In this document: positions 63,155-64,000 of the stretch, piece after piece
Layout of the letters: every line of letters starts with the position of its first letter
How positions within the stretch are numbered: the first letter of the stretch is position 1
Assembly: GCA_002269645.1 (NCBI GenBank)
Contig: NIVC01000613.1
Coordinates: 62,001-126,000, forward strand
DNA length: 64,000 nt
Direction of reading: 5' to 3'
DNA from: Macrostomum lignano
Lineage: Eukaryota
Program-made: the position numbers and the translations under genes
The notes under the pieces: model-generated
The model's database searches: none
Told to the model about the DNA's origin: nothing
The model's input: the letters and a program-made list of their open reading frames with translations, nothing else

Positions 63155-64000
63155 TCAGACTGTTGCTGCAGTAACCATGCACTCAAATGGCTTTTCTCCT
63201 GTGTGCAGCACTGAGTGCGTAGTCAGGTGAACTTTCTGGTTGAATCTCTTGCCGCACACCTTGCACTCAAATGGCTTTTCTCCTGTGTGCAGCACTGAGT
63301 GCGTAGTCAGGTGAACTTTCTGGTTGAATCTCTTGCCGCACACCTTGCACTCAAATGACTTTTATCCTGTGTGCAGCACTGAGTGCGTAGTCAGGTGAAC
63401 TTTCTGGTTGAATCTCTTGCCGCACACCTTGCACTCAAATGACTTTTCTCCTGTGTGCAGCTTTGAGTGAGAAGAGAGGCTGCTGCTGAAACCGAATCTC
63501 TTGCCGCACACCTTGCACTCAAATGGCTTTTCTTCTGTGTGCAGCACTGAGTGCGTAGTCAGGTGAACTTTCTGGTTGAATCTCTTGCCGCATACCTTGC
63601 ACTCAAATGGCTTTTCTCCTGTGTGCAGCACTGAGTGCCTAATAAGGTTGGCGATCTGGTTGAACCGCTTGCCACACAAATTGCACTCAAATGGCTTTTC
63701 TCCTGTGTGCAGCACTGAGTGCCTAATGAGGTTAACGATCTGGTTGAACCGCTTGCCACACAAATTGCACTCAAATGACTTTTCTCCTGTGTGCAGCTTT
63801 GAGTGAGAAGAGAGGTTGCTGCTGAAACCGAATCTCTTGCCGCACACCTTGCACTTGTGCGGTTTCGCCTTCTTGTGCACTGCACTAATGTGAGCTTTGA
63901 GGTGGCTTTTACTGGTGAACTTCTGGCAAGTGCCGCACTGGAACAGCCTCTGAACACTTTGAGTTCCATGGTGCCGTGTTGCAGCACTCTTTGAAGCTCG
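63155..64000 (-). CDS. Tandem C2H2 zinc-finger protein, 3' part (9 fingers visible, in-frame TAA after finger 7); the 5' end is outside the window
   Basis: The frame is open from the window edge: [23 protein letters not shown], then CxxC-x12-H-x3-H fingers with TGEKPF linkers. GAA>TAA at 63362-63364, and two more fingers follow in the same frame. Confidence 0.92.

Overview
Eukaryotic (animal) genomic DNA: GC-rich exons with GT-AG introns embedded in more than 35 different tandem-repeat arrays. The style (poly-Ala/Gln runs, introns filled with minisatellites) suggests a free-living flatworm such as Macrostomum, but that is inference only. Most entries in the ORF track are artefacts of stop-free repeats. 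Seven gene models could be assembled by hand from splice sites and exon phases: (1) first coding exon of a protocadherin (-, 8335-7794); (2) a short GRASP/Tamalin/CYTIP-like PDZ protein (+, 2 exons); (3) a Bari/CEH-19-type NKL homeobox gene (+, 3 exons, 360 aa); (4) a nicotinic acetylcholine receptor-family subunit (-); (5) an ACBD4/5-like tail-anchored acyl-CoA-binding protein (-); (6) an unrecognised ~1190-aa protein with an acidic 9-aa repeat and C2HC-like fingers (-, 5 exons); (7) the 3' part of a C2H2 zinc-finger array gene with an internal stop (-). Mobile elements: two short solo LTRs (TGTTGTG...CACAACA, 5-bp TSDs), a hAT-type MITE carrying a minisatellite, a Harbinger-type MITE carrying (GATA)n, and a hAT/Charlie-like end. 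The most striking finding is that the receptor gene has two homologous, mutually exclusive N-terminal modules: a signal-peptide exon plus a helix/beta1 exon, and a self-contained alternative first exon with its own TATA box nested in intron 1. Both splice in phase to the same downstream exons.
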